DNA of 64,000 nucleotides, from the NCBI GenBank assembly GCA_002269645.1, contig NIVC01002123.1, positions 138,706 to 202,705 on the forward strand, given 5' to 3'. This document shows, one piece after another, positions 11,575-24,003 of the stretch. The DNA is from Macrostomum lignano (lineage: Eukaryota). The notes under the pieces are model-generated. The model had not been told where the DNA came from. It saw only the letters and a list, made by a program, of their open reading frames with translations, and ran no database searches. A program made the translations under genes and the position numbers. Each line of letters begins with the position of its first letter. The first letter of the stretch is position 1.

Positions 11575-14500
11575 ATGGATAAAGCACTCGACGGTGGCTG
11601 GGGCTGGATGATTGTCCTAGCCGTCCACTTCATGCACTTTTTAACTGGCGGACTTGACAGAGCAACTGGAGTTTTCTACCGTGAAATTCTCTATGACATG
11701 CAAGAGTCTTCCGCATCGACAGCTGGATTTACTGCACTGCTTTTTTCCTCCAGGTTTCTTAGCGGTGAGTTAAAGATCTGAATCCCTGTGTTATTACTCT
11801 GTGAACGTTTCTCAGACAGGGATGTACATATATGAATGCTTTTACATGTATTTCGTGCAAAATATTTTTATCAAGGCCCAGTAGCGGGGGTACTATGCAA
11901 GTTCTTCTGCTGTCGAAAAGTAATGATGGCTGGAGGCCTCATATCCTTCGTCGGCGTGCTGCTGAGCTCGTTCTGTCGCAGTCTGTCGCTCATCTACCTG
12001 ACCCTTGGTTTCATGACGGGAGTCGGCAATGGCCTCGCCTACACTTCTGGCCTCTTGGCTGTCAACGACTACTTCAGCCGACGCAAGGCGACCGCCCTCG
12101 GCTTGGCGACCGCGGGCACTGGAGTGGGCAGCTTCGTGCTGCCTCTGCTCACCCAGTACCTCATCCAGGTGTACTCATTCCGCGGCTGTATGCTCATTCT
12201 GAGCGGTCTGTCGCTCAATCTGGTGGTGTGCGGCGCTCTGCTTTACCCGCTGCCGCAGGCTGCAGTCGGTGAGGAAAAGCCCGCCGAGTCAGTGGCACTG
12301 CGGGCAGTGGAAGGCGCAGAGAAGAATGGAGACGGAATGAAACCCGATGAGGAACATTCTGCCAAGCAACCAGTGTCAGCTGATGCACAGCCGTTGCAAA
12401 CAGCTGACCCTGCACCTGTGAGCCCCTGTCGTCGGTTCTTCATCCAGTTGTGGGAGAATTTCGACCTGAAACTGTTCCTCAACTGGCAGTTCAGCGTGTA
12501 CGCGCTGGCGGCTTTGTTCATCTCTGCCGGCTTCAAGCCTGTCGCGGTGATTTTGCCGCACCACGGCCAGCTCAAGGGCCTGACCAGAACCACCTCCGTG
12601 CTGCTGATCTCCATTGCTGGTGAGCTGTTTGCAGGCAATCTGCGGATAAAGCAATCATTTCCTGAACTGGTGCAATGGGGGCAGGGTAGCTCAGCCGTCT
12701 CGCTCTCGATCCACAACCCCCCTGAGTTCGTGCGATTCACGCCTGCTTGGAGAGCCAACTTCCAAGACAGAGATAGTGTACAGAGTTAGGGTTCCTTAGG
12801 TGGGTTCCGATACTCTTTCATCTTTTATACTACGTACATTCCCTGTACCTAAAAATCATAAAAATGCATGGCACTTACTTGACTGAGCTGCAGGGGGCTC
12901 CGTGCGTCCGGAAGCAGCGAGGAGGCGTTGCCGCCCATTTTGCTAACCCCTGGCAACCACGGGCAGCTAGTGCTGCGGTGTCGCGCAGGGAGTTCCGGTG
13001 GTGCCGGTGTCCGCAGTGCGGTCCCCCTCCGGAGAGTCCAGGAGGTGGATTGTCGCTCGCCCGGTAGTCCTTAGGTAGCGGACGAGCTAGCAGAGGTTCT
13101 CGGGCCTGAAAACCTCGGAGAGGTCCGGGTTTGGGCCGAGGTAGGTGAGCCTGTCCTGAGTAAAGGCGGGGCATTCACAGATAAAGTGCTCGCATTCTCG
13201 ACACCGGATAGGCAGAATGGGCATCCCTCACTGCGGATTTTTCCATGGAGGTGACGATGCCTGGCAAAACAGCCATGACCCGAGAGGGCCATGGTCACCG
13301 CCCTGATGTCCCTGCGGTTGAGTCCAAGCAGGGCCCTGCGCAGGGCGGAGGAAGGACAGGGGACAGCCGCGCGGGATTGCCGGCAGTCTGGGGCGATTGC
13401 CCACCTCTCCCTGGGCTTTGAAGCCACCCACTGGTTGATCCGAGTGCTGACAACGGCGATGTAAATGCATGGCACAGCTCGACTCGTTGATTTTTTAAAT
13501 CTATTTTATAATCTCTGTTACACATATTGTTACACAGTCAGCTAAGAATGATAAAATAGATTCATAAAACCGACGAGCCGAGCCGTGTCATGTTAATGGT
13601 TCTTATGCACAGGACATGTACAATTGTACGTAGAATAAAAAATTGACACAGAATCCTAATTTTCTAAACGAAAAGCTCTATGAATATCAATGGAGCTATA
13701 CGAAAGGCAAAACATATCAAAAGATGAACATTGGGTCTGCCTCCTGCTCCTAAAATTTTCTAAGAAACGAGGTTTCCCGTCCTTTTAATTGATCGTAGTC
13801 CTTGGCGGGTTGTCGTGCGACTCACAGCCACCAAGGCCAGGGGTTTCCCGTCCTTTTACTTGATCGTAGTCCTTGGCGGTTTGTCGTGCGATTCACAGCC
13901 ACCAGGGCCAGGCCCCGAGACACGGTTTGCACATGCCTGACGAATCTAGAAATTCAGGGCCTCTGTACACCCTTTGTGAGCCTGCGTACAGCACTGGCGC
14001 GCTTGTATGTGCTTTGGAGTCAGCGAAATGGGCAGAATTGCCTCAGCGCTGGTTTCGGGACGGTGTCGCTGAAGGAGAGCACCCAAAAATTTCCTGCAAA
14101 AATTAATTATTAATGTTGAAACTATTTGCGATGTTTAAATTACAGTGGATGTCTGCATAAGCAATGAGGTGCCTATAGGATTACGGCGGTGTGTCCAAAG
14201 AGACTGGAGTTGTTCTAGTAGCTGTTAGTGATCATGCAGTGTCCAGGAAAGGACGGATAGCTCCTCTCACGCACCGATCCGCAGGCGCCTGCGACACGGT
14301 GTCGCGGTTCTCCCTCGGCCTGCTGTTCGACACGTCCCGCCTGGTGCCGCACCGCAGGCGCATCTGGACACTCGGCATGCTGCTCACCGCCTCCAGCATC
14401 GCAGCCTTCGCCTTCATGCACAGCCTGGCTCCGTTTGTGCTCGTGTCGGTTGCGTTCGGCCTGACCTCCGGGCTGTTCGTCAGCCAGCTGTACTGCGTGC

Positions 14501-14766
14501 TTGGCGACCTGATCGGCCGGGAGCGCTGCCGCACCGGCATCGGCCTGCTGATCCTCTGCCGCGGTGTCGGCGTGGCGATCGGGCCGCCTCTGGCTGGGGC
14601 AATCAAGGACATCAGCGGCTCCTATAAGCTGTCGTTCTGTGCCCTCGGCGCGGCCACTTTCGCTGGCTTCGTCTGCCTGTGCGTGCTGGACGTCGTACTG
14701 CTGCTGCGGGGTCGGCGTCAACGATTGTCGAATCCAGAAGCCACGACTGTTGAGATCGCTACCTGA
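11575..14766 (+). CDS. Monocarboxylate transporter (SLC16/MFS) paralogue 1; join(11575..11764,11876..12619,14285..14766), 471 aa
   Basis: SLC16 signatures [27 protein letters not shown] and TM8 D-x3-R (CDTVSR). GT/AG sites give an in-frame 1416-bp CDS; both introns are phase 1. Confidence 0.93.
12875..13462 (-). mobile_element. 5'-truncated LINE (LOA/I-group-like C-terminal zinc-knuckle region), 588 bp, antisense in MCT1 intron 2
   Basis: Translation [12 protein letters not shown]...[27 protein letters not shown].....CPFC...[20 protein letters not shown] with one frameshift. 13-bp TSD AAATGCATGGCAC at 12862-12874 and 13463-13475. Confidence 0.85.
13468..13592. mobile_element. About 125-bp MITE-like inverted repeat
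   Basis: CATGGCACAGCTCGACTCGT ... ACGAGCCGAGCCGTGTCATG: 20-bp imperfect inverted ends around an AT-rich core. Confidence 0.6.
13771..14095 (+). mobile_element. Diverged relative of the tRNA-SINE family (3' body, about 13915-14095), preceded by a 71-bp direct duplication (13771 and 13842)
   Basis: Shares in order ACATGCCT.ACGA, CTGTACAC, GCCTGCGTAC, CGCGCTTGTATG, GGAGTC, AATGGGCAG and TGTCGCT with the copies at 20678 and 61230. Confidence 0.6.
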
Positions 14767-15913
14767 GTGACGCCTGGCAAGGTTTGCCTTGTTGGCACGA
14801 TTTAGTTCTACCAAATATTGTAGTTAATTTTATAAGACAATTTCTGCAGAGCTTTCTACATAGCTTTATGCATAGCTCTTTACGCAAAAGAGCCGCATGT
14901 TCGAGTTTGAGTTTTGATTTCCTACTCGTATTGCTAATTTTTGGATCAACTATAAGTAGCACTTGAGAGTTTAAATAGCTTGGTTGTAATAAACATTAAT
15001 TTTGCGTTTGCATTCACACAGAGGGTAGTTAATTGTATGATTGGCTCTCGTGTGAGGACTGGATCTCAGTGGAACAGAGTTGGGAACCGGATTTCCCAAT
15101 CCATCTGCAAAATCGCCCGTTTGCAAGTATTTAGCCGTAAACTGTTTCTAATAGAACTTAGTTAAAATAACACGGTTGATGAAGTAGTAAAGAAATGAAT
15201 AAATATTAAAAATAAATGAATGCTTCGAAAAAACAGAAATATTAATTTTTGTACCTTTCTTCTTCTGTTTCTATTTTTTTGTTTTAGTGTAGCCAATATT
15301 TAAATTCAAATTTTGCTTGACGAGCTTTTTTGCTATAACCAGCATTCTAGATGCTTTTCAAACAGCTAGCCCCTCAACATTTTAAAGCAAACTGTCCATT
15401 TTGGCAACAAATTTGTTTTGGCTTTGTCAATTTTTCGACACCATGCACCATGCATATATTTTTTATTGTTTTCCAAGATTTTATCTCAATAACAGGCTTT
15501 TCTGTATGCAAATTTCAATAGTATAAACTAAAGCATACCTTTGCGTAGCTGATTTACAAATAAATTTTTATATCATGCAGTCGATTTCAAACAATCGATA
15601 ACTTTTGGAGCGAGCATGTTTCAAAGAAACACAATTTTGCAAGAGTAAAGAACTACATGTCCTTTGATTACTTGCCATTCTTACTGCATTAGCAAAGGTC
15701 ACTGCAACAGGGCAGATAAACCTTCGCTGTCTGGTTTTTTATCTCTGTCGTAACAGTCTCCTACTTTCAGAGTAGTTTGTACTTGCTGTCTGGGCTATCG
15801 TCAGCAGTGTTAGGATTCTGGGTAGGACTGACTACATTTGCTTTAATTGTTGTAGAGCTACATGTAAATGTAATTACGGCTGCGGTGTGTATTCTGTCTC
15901 GCATGCTCAAGTG

Positions 15914-16501
<588 letters not shown>

Positions 16502-17344
16502 ACACACACACACACACTCAAACGCTCACACATGATGTACAGCGGTACTGACTTTCTAGCTCAAGTTGGGGTTCTCTGACACAGTTAACTTGCCGAGACC
16601 ATTCCGGCGCTCCTCCGCAGTGTCGCAGAGGATATTTGTATACAAAAAGCATTTTACTTGTACATTATTTGATAGGCGCTTGCCTCTGCATGAAATCGTA
16701 TCTGTTAAATTTTGACTAAAGCGAAGTTGAATGGAGTATAGTCTAAAAATGTTTAATTGACTGCACCATTTTACACAAAAAGCGTTTTATGAAGCAAGTA
16801 AACGAAATTTGGTCTTTTTGTCACCATACGGTCATGATCAAACCCTCCGAAATCCGTTCTGAATTGATTCATCAAGTCTTACAGCTAGACCCAGATAGTC
16901 TGAATGTCAATTGCAATCATGTTTCAACATATATCGCTTGAATATTTGAATTGAAACAAAACGTCCTAGTGTACTTTAATTGGGAATTAAGGAACCGTCG
17001 GCATTTGACAATCTAAAAGAGCTCCAGACTGCCAGAAACAAATGCAGATAAGTCAACGGACTGGTTTTGTTATACAGAGAATTGGCGGCGTTGAGCCGCA
17101 CAATTTCACGCCAAAGACTCGTGACTGAAGAGTAGCGGTTTGTTTCAACTAGGCCTTCTATATCAACTGGTATCGTTTAAAGTTTTCTTTGCTGATAAAA
17201 ATTGCTAAAAGTTAACAGAAAAGCAGAAATGATAAAGTTAGCGAGCGGCTTGAAAAAAAACCTCGGATAGCTACCATAAAGTTGAGTAGCGGCAATATTT
17301 GCTGAGAATTACAAGCTTCAACTGAGCGATAAAGTGCAACACGC

Positions 17345-19424
17345 ATGTCTCAAAGTGCAGCACCGGACGGTGGCTGGGGCTGGATGGTGCTGCTGGCGGG
17401 TCACTGCATGCACATTCTGGCCGGCGGGCTTGACAGGGCGTCTGGAGTGTTCTACAGGGAGATCCTCAAAGAGCTGCAGCAGTCTTCTGCCTCCACTGCC
17501 GGCTTCAGCGCTTTGCTGTTCGCTTCCAGGTTCATGAGCGGTGAGTGCAAGGTTCAAGTTGCGTTTCCGCGAAAATGATCAGATTAGAGATTTTAAGAGA
17601 CTTCAAAGAAGACTGATCTAGAGCTTGTATTGCATTTGTCTGGCACACAACGTGAGTTATTCAGTTTCTGAATCACCCAGCAGCAAAAATGTTTACACCG
17701 ATGACTTTCAGGCCCCATTACCGGCGTTCTCTGCAAGTATTTTGGCTGCCGCAGGGTCATGATGGCTGGTGGCGTCACCTCCTTCGTCGGCGTGCTGCTG
17801 AGCTCGTTCTGCCGCAGTCTGTCGCTCATCTACCTGACCCTCGGCTGCATGACGGGAGTCGGCAACGGCCTCGCCTACACTTCTGGCCTCTTGGCTGTCA
17901 ACGACTACTTCAGCCGACGCAAGGCCACCGCCCTCGGCTTGGCGACCGCGGGCACCGGAGTGGGCAGCTTCGTGCTGCCTCTGCTCACCCAGTACCTCAT
18001 CCAGGTGTACTCATTCCGCGGCTGTATGCTCATTCTGAGCGGCCTGTCGCTCAATCTGGTGGTGTGTGGCGCTCTGCTTTACCCGCTGCCTGCTGGGAAG
18101 AAGTCAGCAAATGGAGCGCTCGAGGCGGAGGCTGCAGACGCGACTTCTGAGGCACTCATCGATACAGCAGGTCAGAGTGAAACCGCTGAAAACAAAAACT
18201 CCAAGGATTCCACCGGTGAGAAAGTCCTGGGCCAATCCATGACAACGATCAAGTCAAGGACGTCCCTGGAGCGAAGCGGTCGGGGCTTCTGCATGGAGCT
18301 GTGGGCCAACTTCGATCTGAAGCTGTTCCTCAATCCGTACTTCTGCTTGCTGGCCGCCGCCACTCTGTTCATCTCGTCGGGCTTCAAGTCCGTGGCGGTG
18401 ATCCTGCCGCACCATGCGCAGCTTCGTGGTCTGGACGACATGACATCTGTTCTGCTCATATCCATATCCGGTAGGTTCGCATCAAGTACTTTTTTAACTA
18501 TGCATACTTCGTTTTGAAGACGGGTTTCGCCAAAACACACTACGGAAATAGGAGAGTTCTAATTAACTGCACTAGACGCGCAGTTCTGCACTGACAAGCT
18601 GTAAAATGCGCGATGTATGATCTATGTCCGACTTGCCTTCGATATTATGCTCGTATTATAGATTCAGTGAACATTCGATGCTCGTCCAAATGTATTGGTG
18701 TACTTGATGTAAATGTACTTAATTCCTATAACCCAAAGGCGATCGAAGGTTCGAAAGTCCATGCGGGACTTGGTTTAGTAAGCAGGATTCTTTCTGCAGT
18801 AGGACGTTGCGGTGAAAATTTACTGTTGTGGGTGCCGTTTTTTAGTGCAGAAGTAACTATTTCTTTTTATTTCTTTCTATTTCTGAAAATTACCATCATA
18901 ATATTAAATTAAAAATTATGCACATTTTCTGCCCAGGCGCCTGCGACACTGTGTCCAGATTCTCAGTGGGGCTGTTCTTCGACATCCCCCACCTGGTGCC
19001 GCACCGAAGGCGCATCTGGACACTCGGCATGCTGCTCACCGCCTCCAGCATCACAGCCTTCGCCTTCATGCAAAATTTAATACCGTTCATCCTGATCTCG
19101 GGAGCGTTCGGCCTGACCTCCGGGCTGTTCATGAGCCAGTTGTACTGCATGCTGATTGACCTGATCGGCAGGGAGCGGTCCCGCTCCGGCATCGGCCTGC
19201 TGATCCTCTGCTTCGGCTTCGGCGTGGCCGTCGGACCGCCGACAGCGGGCGCGCTGAAGGACGTCACGGACACTTACCAGCTGTCATTCTGCGTGCTCGG
19301 CGCGTCCACCTTCGTCGGCTTCGTCTGTCTGTGCGCGCTGGACGTCGCGCTGATGACGCAGCGACGACAGCGACGGCGGCTGAATTTGAACCCTACCCTG
19401 GATATTTCCGTAGAGAAAAAGTAA
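17345..19424 (+). CDS. Monocarboxylate transporter (SLC16/MFS) paralogue 2; join(17345..17540,17712..18470,18937..19424), 480 aa
   Basis: PDGGWGWMV motif; same intron positions and phases as paralogue 1; in-frame 1443-bp CDS. Confidence 0.93.
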
Positions 19425-20677
19425 CAAACCTTTCATTGTCACTTTTTTTATTGATAGTAGCCAGATCAATACTAAGTGTCCAAGGCACTGATTCTAGTTT
19501 CACGGATTGCTAAATGCAATTTGGGAAAGTACTGGGGCAAAACTGTTCTATGGTGCATTAAAATGCCCAATGTCTGGGAAAATACTGGGCAGATCAGTCT
19601 AGATTCGAGCCAAGAGGTTTGGATGACAGTTTGACCTTTTGCCCGTTTCTGTGCCAAAAATTCAATTACCCATCTTGGTGTTTAGTACTGATCGGTAATA
19701 GGATGCTCGCTAAGAAACAAACATTTTTCCCGTGCCGCATTCCAGTGCCGCATCCACCCATCATCAGTCATTAACTGATGCTAGTAACCGTTCAGAATAC
19801 AACAAAACTAATAGGTGCTAAAACGAAGTAACTCGTAGAAGATATATTTTACTCGTAAATCTGAAAACAATAGCCAATCTTATTGTCAAAATTTATTCTA
19901 GACCTGCCTCGGTCGTGTGTTGAAGTTGACCATGATCGGCGCTACTGTCTTTTTAAACTAAACGACTCATTTTAGTGTAGTGGACTAGCAACCTTGGCAC
20001 CCCGTTGGGCAGTCAACAAATAAAGGGAAAAATTGATAAACTCTATATAGCTTTTGACCTTGTACAGTCACTATTGCTAGTTTCTTAGGAAAAATGATGT
20101 TTAAATCAACAAATTATCAGCCGTAAAAGTCAGTTGTCTAGCATGAGATATCAGCATCTTCTTCGAGCTTCGACATCAAAGCCTCCTTTTAAGCCATGGC
20201 TTGACCCTAGCTCTCTCTTTGATGCTTAGCCTACCAACAACTCCCAATTGACCCTTTTGGCATCCCCTCGATTTCAAAACTTAACGATTGTGATGATGTG
20301 AAAATTTTCGAGTTTATTGGATTTCACGCTTGTGAACCCTCATGCTGCGCGTCTAGCCATTTTGACAGGAAAATTCCGTTTTCTTTCACTTAATTGACCG
20401 AATTTAAAGACTAATTGCAAGCATAAAGGCTCAATCTAGCTTAATTTAGGTCTGATTCTAGTTCTACCAGTTCGACTTTGTAGCGGAAAAATAAGTTTAA
20501 TTCGGTGGCTCATTCCACGCATGTAGAGAAGACTTTATAACTTTTTAATGAGGAAGGACGGTAGATTCGGGCGTAGACAGCCTGCGAAATTTGTTTAATC
20601 AGTGCTGCAATTCACAATCACGTGGAACTTTTACCATAGGCGCCAAATAAGCGAGTCTAAGGGGTAGAGAGTGGGCT

Positions 20678-20907
20678 GGGCCGTAGCCAGTGGTCTGGCG
20701 CGGTGCTCTTACGTGCCAGCGGCCCAGGCTCGATTCCAAATGCAGCCGCTGTACACTCCTGTGTGAGTGTGTGCCTGCGTACGTATCCGCGCGCTTGTGT
20801 GCCTGCTCAGGGGAGTCGGCGGAATGGGCAGCAATGCCTCTCGCTGGTTGTGTGACAATGTCGCTTAAAGTGCGCCAGGGTGCACACAGCCCCCAGCCCA
20901 TAATAAA
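20678..20907 (+). mobile_element. tRNA-derived SINE copy with internal deletion
   Basis: A-box-like TAGCCAGTGG and B-box-like GGCTCGATTCC; shared 3' body; A-rich tail; imperfect 19-bp TSD AAGGGGTAGAGAGTGGGCT / AAGGAGTAGAGAGTTAGCT. Confidence 0.8.
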
Positions 20908-21786
20908 AAGGAGTAGAGAGTTAGCTTTTAATAATCACGAATAGTGCTGACTAATTTGTAATAATTAGTCATTTCTGATTTATTTTGGACTTTTTATTAA
21001 ATATTTATTAGGTAATTCAATTCCCATTTGACTGAGAAAACAAACAACTCAAATCTATATTCAAGTGGTCTCATATTTGGAGCTATAAAGGTCAAATGAA
21101 TTCAGCATTTCTAAAGAAGATTCCTATCTAAAAAGTACAAAATCCCAAAAAGACAGTAGCTAAACATCATTTTCCTTTGGAGCCTAAAAATAGTGACTGT
21201 CGATTGAAAGTCTTAACCTATGTGTAGCTTATTCAAATGCGTTTAGATCCCTTTCTTAGCTGCCTCCCTAACTCCCGATTGGGGTCACAATTTCCAATTC
21301 TGAGTGTCGAAGTAACGGTAGACGATACTACTGAATCAAAAGTAGCTTAATAGCATACGCCTTTTTGTATTAAAATCAAAATACATTTCATGTCCATAGT
21401 AGAGACGCAGATACTTTAAGTAGCAAGTAAGGCATTTTTCGAAATTTTTTATGTTACACAACTTAACAACTCTGAAAAGATGGAGAACTTCGACAGCTCC
21501 GTTTTTCTACTGTCTTTGTCTCTTAAAAATCTTAAAAGTTTAGAAAAATCCAAGCTTTTTGCCACTTACTATGGAGCACCTCAATTTTTGACGAACTCAA
21601 CCTCAACCAAAGCAATAGTTTTGGTTTCTGCCTGTCAATGTCTTGGACTGGGAGATTAGGAAGCTCCCCGAGAGAGACGGGATGAAGGCCTCTCCATGTG
21701 TTGGACCTTCCTCGGCCTTTTGAATAATTAATTGATTTGTACGAGGGGTAGGCGCGTCGGCTGAAGGGGATTAAATAAAGCTCTAG

Positions 21787-21907
21787 TGGGGCCGCTTAGC
21801 GGGAGGCGGAAGCTGGAGATGGCGGTCGGAGGCGAGACTCTGCTCAGGGGCAGCTCGTCCTACTTTGCGGTTGAAATGAAGAAGCTCATGGCCGATCGAG
21901 AGTCCAG
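21787..21907 (+). CDS. Candidate orphan internal exon (phase 1 to phase 2) encoding [39 protein letters not shown]
   Basis: GC-rich island with acceptor CTCTAG| and donor AG|GTGAGG, and GC3-rich codons like neighbouring genes; no family recognised; partner exons unknown. Confidence 0.4.
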
Positions 21908-21944
21908 GTGAGGACTCTCTTTGACTCCCGTGTCTTGCAAAATT

Positions 21945-21947
<3 letters not shown>

Positions 21948-22018
<71 letters not shown>

Positions 22019-22066
22019 CAGACAGAAAGACAGACAGACAGACTGACAGACAGCACAGACAGACAG

Positions 22067-22128
<62 letters not shown>

Positions 22129-22155
22129 ACAGACAGACAGACAGACAGACAGACT

Positions 22156-22242
<87 letters not shown>
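21948..22242. repeat. (GACA)n microsatellite abutting an assembly gap
   Basis: Direct reading. Confidence 0.97.
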
Positions 22243-22858
22243 NNNNNNNNNNNNNNNNNNNNNNNNNNNNNNNNNNNNNNNNNNNNNNNNNNNNNNNNNN
22301 NNNNNNNNNNNNNNNNNNNNNNNNNNNNNNNNNNNNNNNNNNNNNNNNNNNNNNNNNNNNNNNNNNNNNNNNNNNNNNNNNNNNNNNNNNNNNNNNNNNN
22401 NNNNNNNNNNNNNNNNNNNNNNNNNNNNNNNNNNNNNNNNNNNNNNNNNNNNNNNNNNNNNNNNNNNNNNNNNNNNNNNNNNNNNNNNNNNNNNNNNNNN
22501 NNNNNNNNNNNNNNNNNNNNNNNNNNNNNNNNNNNNNNNNNNNNNNNNNNNNNNNNNNNNNNNNNNNNNNNNNNNNNNNNNNNNNNNNNNNNNNNNNNNN
22601 NNNNNNNNNNNNNNNNNNNNNNNNNNNNNNNNNNNNNNNNNNNNNNNNNNNNNNNNNNNNNNNNNNNNNNNNNNNNNNNNNNNNNNNNNNNNNNNNNNNN
22701 NNNNNNNNNNNNNNNNNNNNNNNNNNNNNNNNNNNNNNNNNNNNNNNNNNNNNNNNNNNNNNNNNNNNNNNNNNNNNNNNNNNNNNNNNNNNNNNNNNNN
22801 NNNNNNNNNNNNNNNNNNNNNNNNNNNNNNNNNNNNNNNNNNNNNNNNNNNNNNNNNN
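22243..22858. other. Assembly gap (616 N)
   Basis: Run of N. Confidence 0.99.
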
Positions 22859-22939
22859 ATCCAAATTTGAGCCAGCCGTTTCCGGTTTGAATCCCGGATT
22901 TTAGACATCCTTGATTTTGGACAGTTGTTTTTTGTCCAT

Positions 22940-23675
22940 GGTTTGGGTAGCGCTGTACCAGTCCGGACTCTAGATCGTGGAGTCCATGGTTCGGGTGGCC
23001 CTGCCCCAATCCAGACACTAGATAGTGGAGTCCATGGATCGGGTGGCCCTGCCCCAATCCACACTCTAGATCGTGGAGTCCATGGTTCTATGGTAGCGCT
23101 GCCCCAATCCAGACACTAGATAGTGGAGTCCATGGATCGGGTGGCCCTGCCCCAATCCACACTCTAGATCGTGGAGTCCATGGTTCTATGGTAGCGCTGC
23201 CCCAATCCAGACACTAGATAGTGGAGTCCATGGATCGGGTGGCCCTGCCCCAATCCAGACACTAGATCGTGGAGTCCATGGTTCTATGGTAGCGCTGCCC
23301 CAATCCAGACACTAGATAGTGGAGTCCATGGATCGGGTGGCCCTGCCCCAATCCAGACACTAGATAGTGGAGTCCATGGATCGGGTGGCCCTGCCCCAAT
23401 CCACACTCTAGATCGTGGAGTCCATGGTTCTATGGTAGCGCTGCCCCAATCCAGACACTAGATAGTGGAATCCATGGATCGGGTGGCCCTGCCCCAATCC
23501 AGACACTAGATAGTGGAATCCATGGATCGGGTGGCCCTGCCCCAATCCAGACACTAGATAATGGAGTCCATGGATAATGGAGTCCAGCGCTTGCCCCAAT
23601 CCAGACACTAGATAGTGGAGTCCGTGGATAATGGAGTCCAGCGCTTGCCCCAATCCAGACACTAGATAGTGGAGT
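22940..23675. repeat. 48-50-bp minisatellite (CCCTGCCCCAATCCAGACACTAGATAGTGGAGTCCATGGATCGGGTGG and alternating variants)
   Basis: Period 48 between 23341 and 23389; no unique spacers. Confidence 0.94.
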
Positions 23676-24003
23676 CTTATCTACGAAGTGGCGCAGCACG
23701 CAAACAGTTTACATGAAGAGCGGTTTCACTAACCAAGCCAATTTGGTGTCGGGCTTAGGCGGGTTAGGCTGCAGGCTGCGGACGGTCCAAGAGCACTTTT
23801 TCGTTTAGCACGTGCCCCAGTTTATCCCTTAGAAGAGTTGACCCAGCTATAACAAATCCTTCTGTTTGCTTCAGGCTTATGGGACTGGAACTTCGGTTTA
23901 AAAAATCCAGTAGTCTTCGATAATCCCACAGTATTAATAGAATATAGAATACGTTCAATGTTTTTTTAGTGCTCACACTTAAAATTTTTAATCTTTCTGA
24001 AGC

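Noticed and set aside
12675-12745. A-box-like GGGTAGCTCAG and GTTCG in MCT1 intron 2
   Set aside because: Spacing and stems do not form a tRNA and there is no match to the SINE body; at most an unrecognisable relic.
11836-12789. ORF-track extension of MCT1 exon 2 ([10 protein letters not shown]...) and similar read-through tails of other exons
   Set aside because: Sequence past the GT donor is intronic; the paralogue comparison fixes the junction.
22940-23675. CRISPR-like array (also considered for the 37-, 48- and 69-bp arrays)
   Set aside because: No unique spacers, no cas genes, eukaryotic context.
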